DNA from: an uncultured Thermodesulfobacteriota bacterium
GTDB lineage: Bacteria; Desulfobacterota; WTBG01; CAIYCZ01; CAIRTM01
Length of the DNA: 64,000 bases
Assembly (NCBI GenBank): GCA_964621615.1
Contig: CAZUMW010000002.1
Coordinates: 64,286 to 128,285, forward strand
Reading direction: 5' to 3'
Shown: positions 30,645 to 39,814 of the stretch, in pieces
Position numbering within the stretch: position 1 is the first letter of the stretch
How the letters are laid out: the number at the start of each line of letters is the position of its first letter
Program-made: the position numbers and the translations under genes
Notes under the pieces: model-generated
What the model saw: the letters and a program-made list of their open reading frames with translations, nothing else
Told to the model about the DNA's origin: nothing
Databases searched by the model: none

Positions 30645-32384
30645 TTAATAGGTAAGCACATCCCGGGGGAACACAAAGGTATCCCAGGTGTGTTGCGGGT
30701 GCTCGTTTATCCGCTCAAGCAGGTAAATTGAGCGCAGAAACATTGTTTGTGCGAATTTTTTGTTCAGCTCAAATCGGGTAGATGTTATGAGGGAGCGCGC
30801 TACCGCTATCGCCAGCCGTGCGTCAAAGGTATGGTCGCCGTGGAGCCGGGCAAATCGGCGCGCAAATACATAGAATGCGTTTATGATGGCGGTTATCCGT
30901 TTTCTGAGCCCGGGATCAAAGCCGGGCTGGCGGAAGTTTGAAACCAGAAACACGGCGGTATCCTGTACATAGTCAGAGCGCTCAGACCGGTTCAGATCGA
31001 TAAAGTGAATTCTGCCGCTGCTGCTGTTATAAATTATGTTGTCGATATTAAAATCGCCATGAATGAACACAGAAAAAGGAGCGGAAAGCCTGCGGTCTAT
31101 CTGCTGCGTCTGCTGTATTCTCTGATCAAGGGACAGCACGCTCAGGCCGCCGATTTGACGCTCAGGGATTTTAAATGACGGGTGTATGGAGAAAACGTCC
31201 TGCAGACGAGACGCCAGCTGTTTGCTGTAGTGTGCGTTAACGGCCGTATTTTCTTTGGTTGCATTCCATACACGGAGAAGCGTATGCTGGATATGGTGAA
31301 ACGCCTCTGTAAAAAGCTCATCAGGGGCATGAACCATGATGTGCTGGAAGGTTGTACTGCCCAGATATTCGATAAGCAGAGATGAGTGTCGCCCGTCTTT
31401 CTGGAAGGCTAGCACTTTAGGGGGAAGGCCGGGAACGATCTGCTCCCATTGTTCAATATTTTGCAGCTCCCGCTCGAGCTTTCTGTTGCTTCCTTTTTTG
31501 AAGATCACTTTTTGTGCAGACCCGGAGGGGTTTTTTTCATGTATGTGGCCGACCCGGCAGCCCGACTGTGTTCCCCAGATCGATTCAAAGTGAACGTTGT
31601 CGATGCAGGTGTTCATTTCCGAAGACGCCAGCGTCCCTTCAAGCGCTTTGTACTGATGTACTTTGAGCTTCTGGCCCATGGCGGCAAAAATAATCGCCTC
31701 TCCGATGTTGAGCAGCGCATCGCCGATACGCTCAAGATAGCTGAAGATAAACAGCAGGGTAATTCTGTTTTCTACATTCTTACCCCCTCGAATATCTCCG
31801 ATAATACGCTGAAAGACATCGGTATACCGCTCGTCGAGCTGCTGCTCACACCGGCAGATTTCCATAGCCATGGTGATGTTTCTTTTTTCCAGGGCTTTGC
31901 CGATGAGACGCAGGGGGGCGATTACCTCTTTGAATGAACTTTTGACCGGATATTCATGAAGCAGTCCTGTGTCGGAGAGGTAGGCCATCTGATCGACAAT
32001 GTTAACTGTATAGTCGCCGATACGCTCAAGATTTGCCCCGATAATATTGATAGCCCGCACATGATTAATAGTCTGTTTTGACGTATCGCCTGCAGGGCTG
32101 TGTGTGACTCCGCTGAAGCAGTGGTCCTCAATTCTGCTTTTCAGGTTGTCGATATAATCATCGCGGTTGCATATACGATCCACAAGCGATTCGTCCAGCT
32201 GCAGAAGGAATGTCAGCGTGTCCTCAAGCTGTTTGGTTACTTCAACGATAATGAAGGTCAGATCATTGTTAATTGTGTCCAGCAAAACGATGCACCTCCG
32301 TGGCGCGCGTATGCCTGCTGCTGCCGGCAAACAGGCCGCCCGGAACACAGGGTCTGATGCAGGAATCTGTAACGCGCGCAGCAC
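30645..32384 (-). CDS. Fusion protein: N-terminal PhoU-repeat domain + C-terminal aminoglycoside-phosphotransferase/CotS-like kinase
   Basis: Two PhoU-type helices with 'ERIGDYTVNI' and 'ERIGDALLNIGEAI'. The C-terminal half carries the APH-fold catalytic loop 'IHGDFNIDNIIY' and 'IDLNRS'. Confidence 0.55.
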   Translation of the reverse strand: MLRALQIPASDPVFRAACLPAAAGIRAPRRCIVLLDTINNDLTFIIVEVTKQLEDTLTFLLQLDESLVDRICNRDDYIDNLKSRIEDHCFSGVTHSPAGDTSKQTINHVRAINIIGANLERIGDYTVNIVDQMAYLSDTGLLHEYPVKSSFKEVIAPLRLIGKALEKRNITMAMEICRCEQQLDERYTDVFQRIIGDIRGGKNVENRITLLFIFSYLERIGDALLNIGEAIIFAAMGQKLKVHQYKALEGTLASSEMNTCIDNVHFESIWGTQSGCRVGHIHEKNPSGSAQKVIFKKGSNRKLERELQNIEQWEQIVPGLPPKVLAFQKDGRHSSLLIEYLGSTTFQHIMVHAPDELFTEAFHHIQHTLLRVWNATKENTAVNAHYSKQLASRLQDVFSIHPSFKIPERQIGGLSVLSLDQRIQQTQQIDRRLSAPFSVFIHGDFNIDNIIYNSSSGRIHFIDLNRSERSDYVQDTAVFLVSNFRQPGFDPGLRKRITAIINAFYVFARRFARLHGDHTFDARLAIAVARSLITSTRFELNKKFAQTMFLRSIYLLERINEHPQHTWDTFVFPRDVLTY

Positions 32385-32403
32385 AGCTGATCCCCACGGG
32401 ACC

Positions 32404-32691
32404 TTACTCAGCGGCCGGGTCGGGACCGATTACCAGATCTTCTACTGCTCCTGTCTCCTCCAGCCCGTTTTTCCAGGACAATTCGATCTTCAGCTTGACG
32501 CGATCCCTTTTTTTCTTTGCTTTAAGCGTGAATTTGAGCATGCCGGCGGGGGTGACCGCGAACGCATCCCGATCTGAGCGAAGCTCCAGATGTTTTTTCG
32601 AAAATCCCTCGCACAGCGCCTGCAGATATGAGCAGATTGACTGGCAGTCCTGCACCGACTCAAATTTGAACTCTTCCGCCGGTAAGGTCAT
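32404..32691 (-). CDS. Amphi-Trp-domain small protein B (C-terminal ...PDPAAE)
   Basis: 95 aa. 'LKFTLKAKKKRDRVKLKIELSW' parallels protein A 'VFVEAKAKRKKDKEKFSLSISW'. Also ends in Glu. Confidence 0.5.
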   Translation of the reverse strand: MTLPAEEFKFESVQDCQSICSYLQALCEGFSKKHLELRSDRDAFAVTPAGMLKFTLKAKKKRDRVKLKIELSWKNGLEETGAVEDLVIGPDPAAE

Positions 32692-32718
32692 AATTCCTCC
32701 CTCTTTGTCGTGCCCGTG

Positions 32719-33879
32719 CTATGAAAGCCTGCCGGTATACTCCTTAATGACGCTTTGTATGGTGGTTTGGGCCATGATGAGGCTCTTGCGTATTGTCAGG
32801 TTGTTCCAGGCCGGCTGATAGCCTGCCTCCCGCGCCGCTTTTTCCGGGTCCTGAACTTCCGGGTCCTTGACCTTTTCTCCCATATGGGTGTCATCGCCCA
32901 TGAAGATTAAAATCGGGCGCGCACCGGCGCTGAGCGTTTTGTTGTGCCGGTTTACAACGGTGATAAGAAATTCAGTGTATTGCTGGGACTGCGGGTTCCA
33001 CACCTCATAGCCGTCCACATCGTAATCGGCAAGCAGTATCGGCCAGAACTGCTCCGGGTGCGGAATCACGATACCCCCGCCGTGGAGGCGCGTTTCTTCG
33101 ATAATTTCCTCGGCCCGATAGAAATGACTGAGTGGAAAATGTGATTTCATAATATTTTTAGCCGCTTTTATAAGTATCTGCGCATGGTTTATGAGCGCCC
33201 TGTCATGATCGCTTCTAAGCTCATCGAAAAAGTCTCGCAGCATTTTGTTTTTAATCACCTGGGGCGGGGTTTCGGATTCGTGCTTTTCAAACAATGTAAA
33301 AAATTTTCTGGTCGCCGCGCGCACAAAGCGTATAAGGCTTTCAGTGGCTCCTGTTTCGGCAGCCGCCTGCTGAAGCCTGCTTTCAAGCACCGGATCGATA
33401 ATGGTCGCTATCAGTTCCTGCAGCTGTTTTGAGCGGTAGGTAAACGTGTGACCGAGCATTTCTTTGAGAACGTGGGCATTTTTAATACCCCTGTTTCTAA
33501 AGTGAAGCAGCAGCTGGACTTTCCGGTTAAAGCCGGAGGCGTAGCAGTCAACCTCGACGCCCGAAAATTCATTCCAGGACATAAGTATGTTATGCTGAGT
33601 GGGAATGATGAGCTCGGTCTCCCGGTTGGGAAACATGGCCTTTATCCGTTTTTCAATCAGCGAAAGCGGGATGTGCTCGGGATGAAAATGCGTTGCCAGC
33701 ACAGCGCGCTGTTTGGGGAAAAGGCGGTGCGGGGTGGTGATGATTTCCTGCTGCCGCGGTGTAAGGTCGGTGTTGATAATATTTTTATAGGACTTCTCAT
33801 CACGCTCTGACAGTTCAGCAGAGTATATTTCTGTATTTTCAGCGTTTTTTTTTCGGGTGGACTGAGCCCGGGATTCCAT
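32719..33879 (-). CDS. PHP-domain metal-dependent phosphoesterase-like protein
   Basis: PHP motifs in order: 'HFHPEH' (HxH), 'LHGGGIVIPHP', 'DGYEVWN', 'GDDTH'. RBS 'gggaga' before the ATG at 33879. Confidence 0.5.
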   Translation of the reverse strand: MESRAQSTRKKNAENTEIYSAELSERDEKSYKNIINTDLTPRQQEIITTPHRLFPKQRAVLATHFHPEHIPLSLIEKRIKAMFPNRETELIIPTQHNILMSWNEFSGVEVDCYASGFNRKVQLLLHFRNRGIKNAHVLKEMLGHTFTYRSKQLQELIATIIDPVLESRLQQAAAETGATESLIRFVRAATRKFFTLFEKHESETPPQVIKNKMLRDFFDELRSDHDRALINHAQILIKAAKNIMKSHFPLSHFYRAEEIIEETRLHGGGIVIPHPEQFWPILLADYDVDGYEVWNPQSQQYTEFLITVVNRHNKTLSAGARPILIFMGDDTHMGEKVKDPEVQDPEKAAREAGYQPAWNNLTIRKSLIMAQTTIQSVIKEYTGRLS

Positions 33880-34052
33880 TTCGTTCTCCCTGCTGTCGGC
33901 GAGAAGGATTTTTACGCCCAAAAACAGCATAAAAACATAGCATAAAAATGTTAATATGCAGTTAAATTTCAGTTAATTTGATACCGTCTGGAGAGAGGAA
34001 CAAAAGCCGCCCTTGAGAAAACAGAACGCCGGGCGATGGCGAGCGCTAGTCT

Positions 34053-35510
34053 CTAAAAACGTTTCATTTGCCGGTTGCAGTAGTCATACAGCACGCAGCT
34101 GCCGAGATCTGCGGCATCTGCCATGAACAGCTTTGCCCTGCCGCGGCGGGCCATTTTTTTCATGAAGCCGATGCTGTCGCGCTCGCGGGCAAGCAGAAAA
34201 ATACTCAGCGATATCCGGCTTTGCACGAGCTGCTCCGCAGCATGAAGTGATCGCTGCAGCGTGCACTGGTGCGGCGGGAATTGAAAAAACACCGAGCCGC
34301 GCTCCCGGTGCGCGGTCGGCTCTCCGTCGGTTATAAGACATATGCGGCGGCGGTATCCGCTGAAGCGGAAAAGACGGCGGCGGGCGGCTGACAGCGCCTC
34401 CTCGATATTGGTATAGGGGTTTGATTCATCCCACATCAGAAACGGCAGCTCATCGAGAGGCACAGGCGTAACTGATGTTGAAAAGCCGAAGACATCGATG
34501 CGGTCCTGCGGAAAGCGGCTGCGTATAAGGCCTGAAAGCGCAAGGCTTACCTTTTTTGCCGCACGGTAGCGGTTTTCAAAGCGCATCGATTTGCTCAGAT
34601 CGAGCAGTATTACTGTCGCGCAGCGCATGACCGGCTCGCGCTCATACACCTCGAAATCCCCTTCCCGGACCCTTACCGGCAGCTGCGCGCCGGTTCTTTT
34701 GAGCGTATTCATGAGCGATCGTGCAGGGTCGATGCTCTGTGTGTCGCCGAACCGGTACGCCCGGGTGCCTCTTGTCAGGTACGGCTCTGCAGCGGGCGGG
34801 CTTCTGTGTGCCGGGGGCGGTGTGTGGCGGGCGGGGTCAGCCATCTCGCGCAGCATGTTCCAGGCCGTGCGGTGGAGCCCCCGCGGGGCGAGCTTCAGGC
34901 CTGCACCGGTTTTTATTGCAAAGCCCTGTTCAATGAGATTGTCCGGAAGCCGCTTTATGTGTTCCCAGTGCTGCCGGTCCTCAGAACTCAGGGCCGCTTC
35001 GATGTCGCTGCTGTCAATGCACTCCAGATCGTAGCCCCACCGCGCGCGGTGAAGCTGTTTTTCCACGGAATAGGTGAGAAGCACCTTTTCGGCCAGGCGC
35101 ATCAGGGATTCGTGCGGGATAGCTGATTTGTCGGAAGGGCGAAGTATGCGCGCTATGGCGGCGGCGGCCTTTTTGGTGCCGGGCGAGCCTTTGCTCAGGG
35201 TTCCCCCGGAGCGATCCATTACCGGAAGGGCTTCCAGAATGTGCTGGATGTGCCGTGCCCCATCCTTGTCAGGAGCGGCCTCGCTGATCAGCTCGCAGCG
35301 GCGGCTGTGTGTTTTTTCAAAAAGCTGTTTTATCCCCTCAAAGGTCACCGACCCGTCTGCAGAGGCACTCCCCTCGCGCTGCATATGCAAAACTGCGTCA
35401 TCGAGGCTTTCGTGGGAAACGAGCTCACCTGCTAGCGCATCGAGGTCAGGCCCGCTTCGGATTTGCAGCCGGGTTGGGTCGGGCCGTGAAAAATATCGCC
35501 ATGCTTTCAT
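34053..35510 (-). CDS. von Willebrand factor A domain protein (ChlD/CoxE-like)
   Basis: MIDAS 'ILLDLSKSM...' and 'ITDGEPT'. 4-nt overlap with the upstream AAA+ gene. Confidence 0.6.
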   Translation of the reverse strand: MKAWRYFSRPDPTRLQIRSGPDLDALAGELVSHESLDDAVLHMQREGSASADGSVTFEGIKQLFEKTHSRRCELISEAAPDKDGARHIQHILEALPVMDRSGGTLSKGSPGTKKAAAAIARILRPSDKSAIPHESLMRLAEKVLLTYSVEKQLHRARWGYDLECIDSSDIEAALSSEDRQHWEHIKRLPDNLIEQGFAIKTGAGLKLAPRGLHRTAWNMLREMADPARHTPPPAHRSPPAAEPYLTRGTRAYRFGDTQSIDPARSLMNTLKRTGAQLPVRVREGDFEVYEREPVMRCATVILLDLSKSMRFENRYRAAKKVSLALSGLIRSRFPQDRIDVFGFSTSVTPVPLDELPFLMWDESNPYTNIEEALSAARRRLFRFSGYRRRICLITDGEPTAHRERGSVFFQFPPHQCTLQRSLHAAEQLVQSRISLSIFLLARERDSIGFMKKMARRGRAKLFMADAADLGSCVLYDYCNRQMKRF

Positions 35511-36913
35511 GAGCCTGCGCCGTAACGGGAGCTGTGCGGCAGGGTTTGTTTTGTGATTTTGCCCTGCAGAGCCAGTGATTCAAGAATGAACTCGGAAGCG
35601 GACGCCGCTTCGGACGGCGACGGTGTGTGAGCAAACAGAGTGCGTATCACCTCCTTCAGCTCAGGAAACCGGTCCAGCATGCCGGTGTATGCCGAAGCGG
35701 GCATCAGTTCTGATACCTCCCATGCATAAGAGCCCGCCGTGAAGGATTTCAGAAATTGATCGCAGGCGCCGCGCTCTATTGTGTTCCGGAACACCCGCTG
35801 CACGGCTTCATCTATCAGCGCGGCGGTTTTTGTCTCCTCCTCCTGGTCGTCGGCAAAGCTCCATTCTATTTTTCCCTTCATGCAGGAGCTCAGGTGCAGT
35901 ATGTCGGTGATGCGGGGCACCAGTTCGCTTTCGCCAAGCCGAAGCGCCCTGCGAAACGCATTGCTGACAATGGTTTCCATGTTGTGGATGCTCATGCGCA
36001 CGCTGATTCCTGCATATTGGTTGATGTCGGATTTATTTCTGGCCGAGCGGGATATTTCAGCAATGATAGCCTCGATAAACGGGGGCACGGCACACATGTA
36101 TCCGTCATGGGAAAAGGGGGTCATTTCCTGTCTGACGATCCTGATTTCATCACCGGCCTCCAGCGGGTAGTGCGTTCGCACCTGCGCGCCGAAGCGGTCT
36201 TTCAGCGGGGTGATAATCCGACCCCGGCTGGTATAGTCTTCGGGATTTGCCGTGGCGACAATGAATACGTCAAGGGGCAGCGAAACTTTATGGCCGCGAA
36301 TCTGGACATCGCGTTCCTCAAGCAGGTTAAACATGCCGACCTGTATTTTTTCATGCAGGTCGGGAAGTTCATTTATTGAAAAAATACCCCGGTTCGTTCT
36401 GGGGATGAGGCCGTAGTGAATGGCGGCCTCATCGGAAAGATACCGCCCCTCTGCAATTTTTACGGGGTCGATGTCTCCGATCAGATCCGCTATGGTAACA
36501 TCGGGTGTTGCCAGCTTTTCCCCGTAGCGGCGGGAACGGTGAATCCACTCAATGGGCGTTTGTCCTTCACGGCGGCTGATTGTGGAGCGGCACGGGCTGC
36601 ATATCGGTGAAAGCGGATCATCATTTACTTCACAGCCCGCAACCGCAGGAATATATTCATCCAGCAGGCTGACCAGGCTGCGGATAATCCGGGTTTTTGC
36701 CTGTCCCCGCTCACCCAGCAGAATGATGTCGTGCCCGGCGAGAAGAGCGTTTTCAAGGTCCGGAATAACTGTGTCGCCATAGCCGATAATGCCTGAAAAA
36801 ATTGGCTCGTTTTTTTTGATTTTTTCTATCAGATTTGACCGGATTTCCTGTTTTACCGAGCGGGGTGTCCAGCCGCTCTCTTTAAGGGCTGACAGTGTGT
36901 CGGGTTTGCTCAT
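35507..36913 (-). CDS. ChlI/MoxR-like AAA+ ATPase
   Basis: 'GHDIILLGERGQAKTR' Walker A. 'IFSINELPDLHEKIQVGMFNLLEERDVQIRGHKVSLPLDVFIVATANPEDY' matches the Mg-chelatase subunit I sensor/arginine-finger region. Confidence 0.65.
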   Translation of the reverse strand: MSKPDTLSALKESGWTPRSVKQEIRSNLIEKIKKNEPIFSGIIGYGDTVIPDLENALLAGHDIILLGERGQAKTRIIRSLVSLLDEYIPAVAGCEVNDDPLSPICSPCRSTISRREGQTPIEWIHRSRRYGEKLATPDVTIADLIGDIDPVKIAEGRYLSDEAAIHYGLIPRTNRGIFSINELPDLHEKIQVGMFNLLEERDVQIRGHKVSLPLDVFIVATANPEDYTSRGRIITPLKDRFGAQVRTHYPLEAGDEIRIVRQEMTPFSHDGYMCAVPPFIEAIIAEISRSARNKSDINQYAGISVRMSIHNMETIVSNAFRRALRLGESELVPRITDILHLSSCMKGKIEWSFADDQEEETKTAALIDEAVQRVFRNTIERGACDQFLKSFTAGSYAWEVSELMPASAYTGMLDRFPELKEVIRTLFAHTPSPSEAASASEFILESLALQGKITKQTLPHSSRYGAGS

Positions 36914-36943
36914 AAGCGGTTTTTCCTGATATGCGATGTTTTG

Positions 36944-37780
36944 TTAACCGTGCGCATGGCGTGATACAAGCGACGTACATATGTGCTGTGCCTGTATCAG
37001 CAGCCCGGGAGTCAGCTCCCAGGGGGGGAGGTTCTGCATGTCGGCCGTCATCAGCTGCTCATCAAACGGTAAAAAGCCGAGGGCCGGGATGCCGCCGGAC
37101 TGCTGTTCAATAAATTCCCGGTCCGCCTCACTTCTGATTTTATTGCCGACAAGGCATACGCGGCTCAGCTTGATGTCTGCAGCAAGCTCCCTGATTTTAA
37201 GGGCGGTGTCTATGCTGCGGCGGCCCGGCTCGACCACCACAATCAGCGAGTCGACCGCCTGTGCCGTTGCCCGCCCCAGATGCTCTATGCCCGCTTCCAT
37301 ATCCAGGATGACAGCCTCTTTCCGGTACAGCAGCAGATGCTGGACCAGACTTTTGAGCATTGCGCTTTCGGGGCAGATGCACCCCCCCCCGCCCTTTTTG
37401 ACGGTTCCCATGCGAAGAAGCCGGATACCGTCCTTTTCTCTCCAGAGCTTTTCGGGCAGATCGTCGACTTTTGGGTTGAGCTTGAAAAAGGATCCGCTTG
37501 CTCCCGGCTTTGCACCGGTTCGCTCCTCGATAAGATCCTGCATTTCAACAAGAGGTGTTATGTCGCCGTGACCGGGCACGGCCAGGGCGGATCCAAGATT
37601 TGCGTCAGGGTCGGCATCCACTGCAATGACGCTGTAGCCCTCCTGGCTGAATGCCTTGCATAAAAGAGCGGCAAGGGTGGTTTTCCCGACACCGCCTTTT
37701 CCGGTCACGGCTATTTTTATTGAATCGGTCACGGTTCGTGCCTCCTTTGAGCATACAGATGCGGTATTAAAAATAAACAT
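36944..37780 (-). CDS. CooC/AcsF-type (MinD/ParA superfamily) Ni-insertion ATPase-like protein
   Basis: Deviant Walker A 'AVTGKGGVGKTT'. 'GGGCICPE' CxC metal motif characteristic of CooC. Confidence 0.6.
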   Translation of the reverse strand: MFIFNTASVCSKEARTVTDSIKIAVTGKGGVGKTTLAALLCKAFSQEGYSVIAVDADPDANLGSALAVPGHGDITPLVEMQDLIEERTGAKPGASGSFFKLNPKVDDLPEKLWREKDGIRLLRMGTVKKGGGGCICPESAMLKSLVQHLLLYRKEAVILDMEAGIEHLGRATAQAVDSLIVVVEPGRRSIDTALKIRELAADIKLSRVCLVGNKIRSEADREFIEQQSGGIPALGFLPFDEQLMTADMQNLPPWELTPGLLIQAQHICTSLVSRHAHG

Positions 37781-38098
37781 TGTGCCTCGGCGCTGCTGCG
37801 GCCTGTGCCGGCGGTTCGGCCGCTAACCTGATTGTAAGCAAACACGGGCTAAAATGCAATATGCATTCGGCTGAAGGGGCCCGGGGTGGGACAGAGATGA
37901 TGAAATTCCAGCGGCACAGCGGCTGGGCTGTTGCGGTGGAGCGCGCTTCTCATTGACACGTGCCCGCAGATACTTTATACTGCGCAGTACAAGCTGACCC
38001 AACGCGACGCTCGCCTGCATATACATGCGGGGTTATCCCGGTAAAACCTGTGCGAAAGTGCTTTTGTACAGCTTAAACCTGTCCGTAAGGCGATTTCC

Positions 38099-38563
38099 AT
38101 GTTCATTTTTAGGTTAAAAAAAGCTTTTGTGATCGGGTGTACTCTCGGACTGATTATCCCGGGATGCACGCGGTTTATGCCGACGATTATGGTCAAGGGG
38201 TCGGAAATACGGGCAGTCCGTCCGCTGGATAATGAAACGCTTATGACCGAAGACGAGGCCCTGAAATATATAATTCAGCAGCTCAACGCCACAAAACACG
38301 GGCTCTGCCTGCAGCATACCGCGTCGCGCGTAAAAAAAATCTTTCCGTTTGACAGCCTTTCTGTAACGATGATTGAGAAGCAGGATAAAAAAGTGTACGG
38401 GCTGATCAGCGGCAGGGTAACCCCCGGCATAGTGGCGTCAAGCGCGTGCAGCACGTCGGCCTCCTATGCAAACATGTACTACTTTCCCCTCGAGAAAGCA
38501 GAAAAGATCTGGCACGCCCTTGTTGCTCTTGGTGCCGAACCCTGCTCTGTTTTGCCGCAGTAA
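38099..38563 (+). CDS. Hypothetical lipoprotein
   Basis: Lipobox 'LIIPGCT'. 154 aa. No other motif. Confidence 0.3.
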   Translation: MFIFRLKKAFVIGCTLGLIIPGCTRFMPTIMVKGSEIRAVRPLDNETLMTEDEALKYIIQQLNATKHGLCLQHTASRVKKIFPFDSLSVTMIEKQDKKVYGLISGRVTPGIVASSACSTSASYANMYYFPLEKAEKIWHALVALGAEPCSVLPQ

Positions 38564-38684
38564 ATCTTCGCCCATGAGACAGCCTCAGCCCATGGCTTGA
38601 GGTTGCCGTGCCTGCCGCAGGCAGCCAATTAAACATATGCGCTAAGTACAGCCTCTGTTAATCGAAGCTCAAGCAGACGCTCCC

Positions 38685-39656
38685 CTACTCTCGAAGAAGT
38701 ACTTTGAGCATCAAATCCCCCCGTGTTCCGTCAGGCAGGCGCCTCCCAAGGCCCTGGAGGCGCAGGATCGTGCCTGATGCGGTGCCGGGCGGTACGGTTA
38801 CCCTGTAGAGCCGGCGCTGAAATCCTCGGGGTATGTTGACCACCTTTTTTGTTCCGGTAAAGGATTCAAACGGCGTAATAGTAATGGCGCCGTACATATC
38901 GGGATCATCAGCCCGGCTTACCGGCCTGATGACCTGAAGCCGGTCGGATTTCCGCTTTTCGGTGAACCGTCTGACCTTGCCGGTCAGCCCCATATCCGGG
39001 ATGATGCCGATCCCTTTCAGGAGCACGATTCCGCACACAAAGCCGCCGATGTGCGCCCACCAGGCAATTCCTGTGGCGGACGAGGCGGTGCCGGCCGCAT
39101 TGACAAACTGCAGCAGAAACCACACCCCAAGAAACAAAAATGCGGGAACCTCGATAAAATACGGAATAAAAAATATGGGAATAAAAGTAAGTATTTTTGC
39201 GTGGGGAAACAGCATGAAATAGGCCCCCATAACCCCGGCAATTGCCCCGCTTGCCCCGATTATAGGTGCGTTAGCGCTCATGTTGAGCAGAAGATGGAAT
39301 GCCCCCGAGGCAACCCCGCACAGCAGGTAAAATATCAGATAGCGAAGAGGGCCGAGGCGGTCTTCGATATTGTCACCGAAAATATACAGCATCCACATGT
39401 TAAGCAAAAGATGCATGACGCCGCCGTGGAGAAACATAAATGATAGAAAAGAAAAAACCTGAAAAAAAAGGGGGATCTGTGAAGCGATGTCGCCGGCAAA
39501 GTAGCGTGCGGGCACCAGTCCGTAGAGATAAAAAAAGCGGCTGATATCGGGCCCCTTTGACAGCTCTATCAGGAAAACCCCCACGTTGGCGGCTATAATG
39601 CCCGTGTTGACGACCGGATAGTTTTTGCGAGGGGTGGTGTCCCTGAGCGGTATCAT
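38685..39656 (-). CDS. Rhomboid-family intramembrane serine protease fused to a DnaJ C-terminal-like domain
   Basis: Rhomboid 'GASGAIAGVMGAYF' (GxSG) and a downstream His within ~6 TM helices. The C-terminal ~90 aa 'RLYRVTVPPGTASGTILRLQGLG...GDLMLKV' resembles a DnaJ C-terminal peptide-binding domain. Confidence 0.55.
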   Translation of the reverse strand: MIPLRDTTPRKNYPVVNTGIIAANVGVFLIELSKGPDISRFFYLYGLVPARYFAGDIASQIPLFFQVFSFLSFMFLHGGVMHLLLNMWMLYIFGDNIEDRLGPLRYLIFYLLCGVASGAFHLLLNMSANAPIIGASGAIAGVMGAYFMLFPHAKILTFIPIFFIPYFIEVPAFLFLGVWFLLQFVNAAGTASSATGIAWWAHIGGFVCGIVLLKGIGIIPDMGLTGKVRRFTEKRKSDRLQVIRPVSRADDPDMYGAITITPFESFTGTKKVVNIPRGFQRRLYRVTVPPGTASGTILRLQGLGRRLPDGTRGDLMLKVLLRE

Positions 39657-39814
39657 GGCTTGTGGTGTATGTTTGAGCTGCTGCCGAAGATTTCAGAGGG
39701 CGAGCCAGTTACGCTGCGTCGTCCGGCGGAATAATGGAGCTCTGCTTATGGTTATACTGTGCCGGAAGCCGGTTATGGGTGCCTGCAAACAGTGCGGTCT
39801 GAAGATACGTGGTG

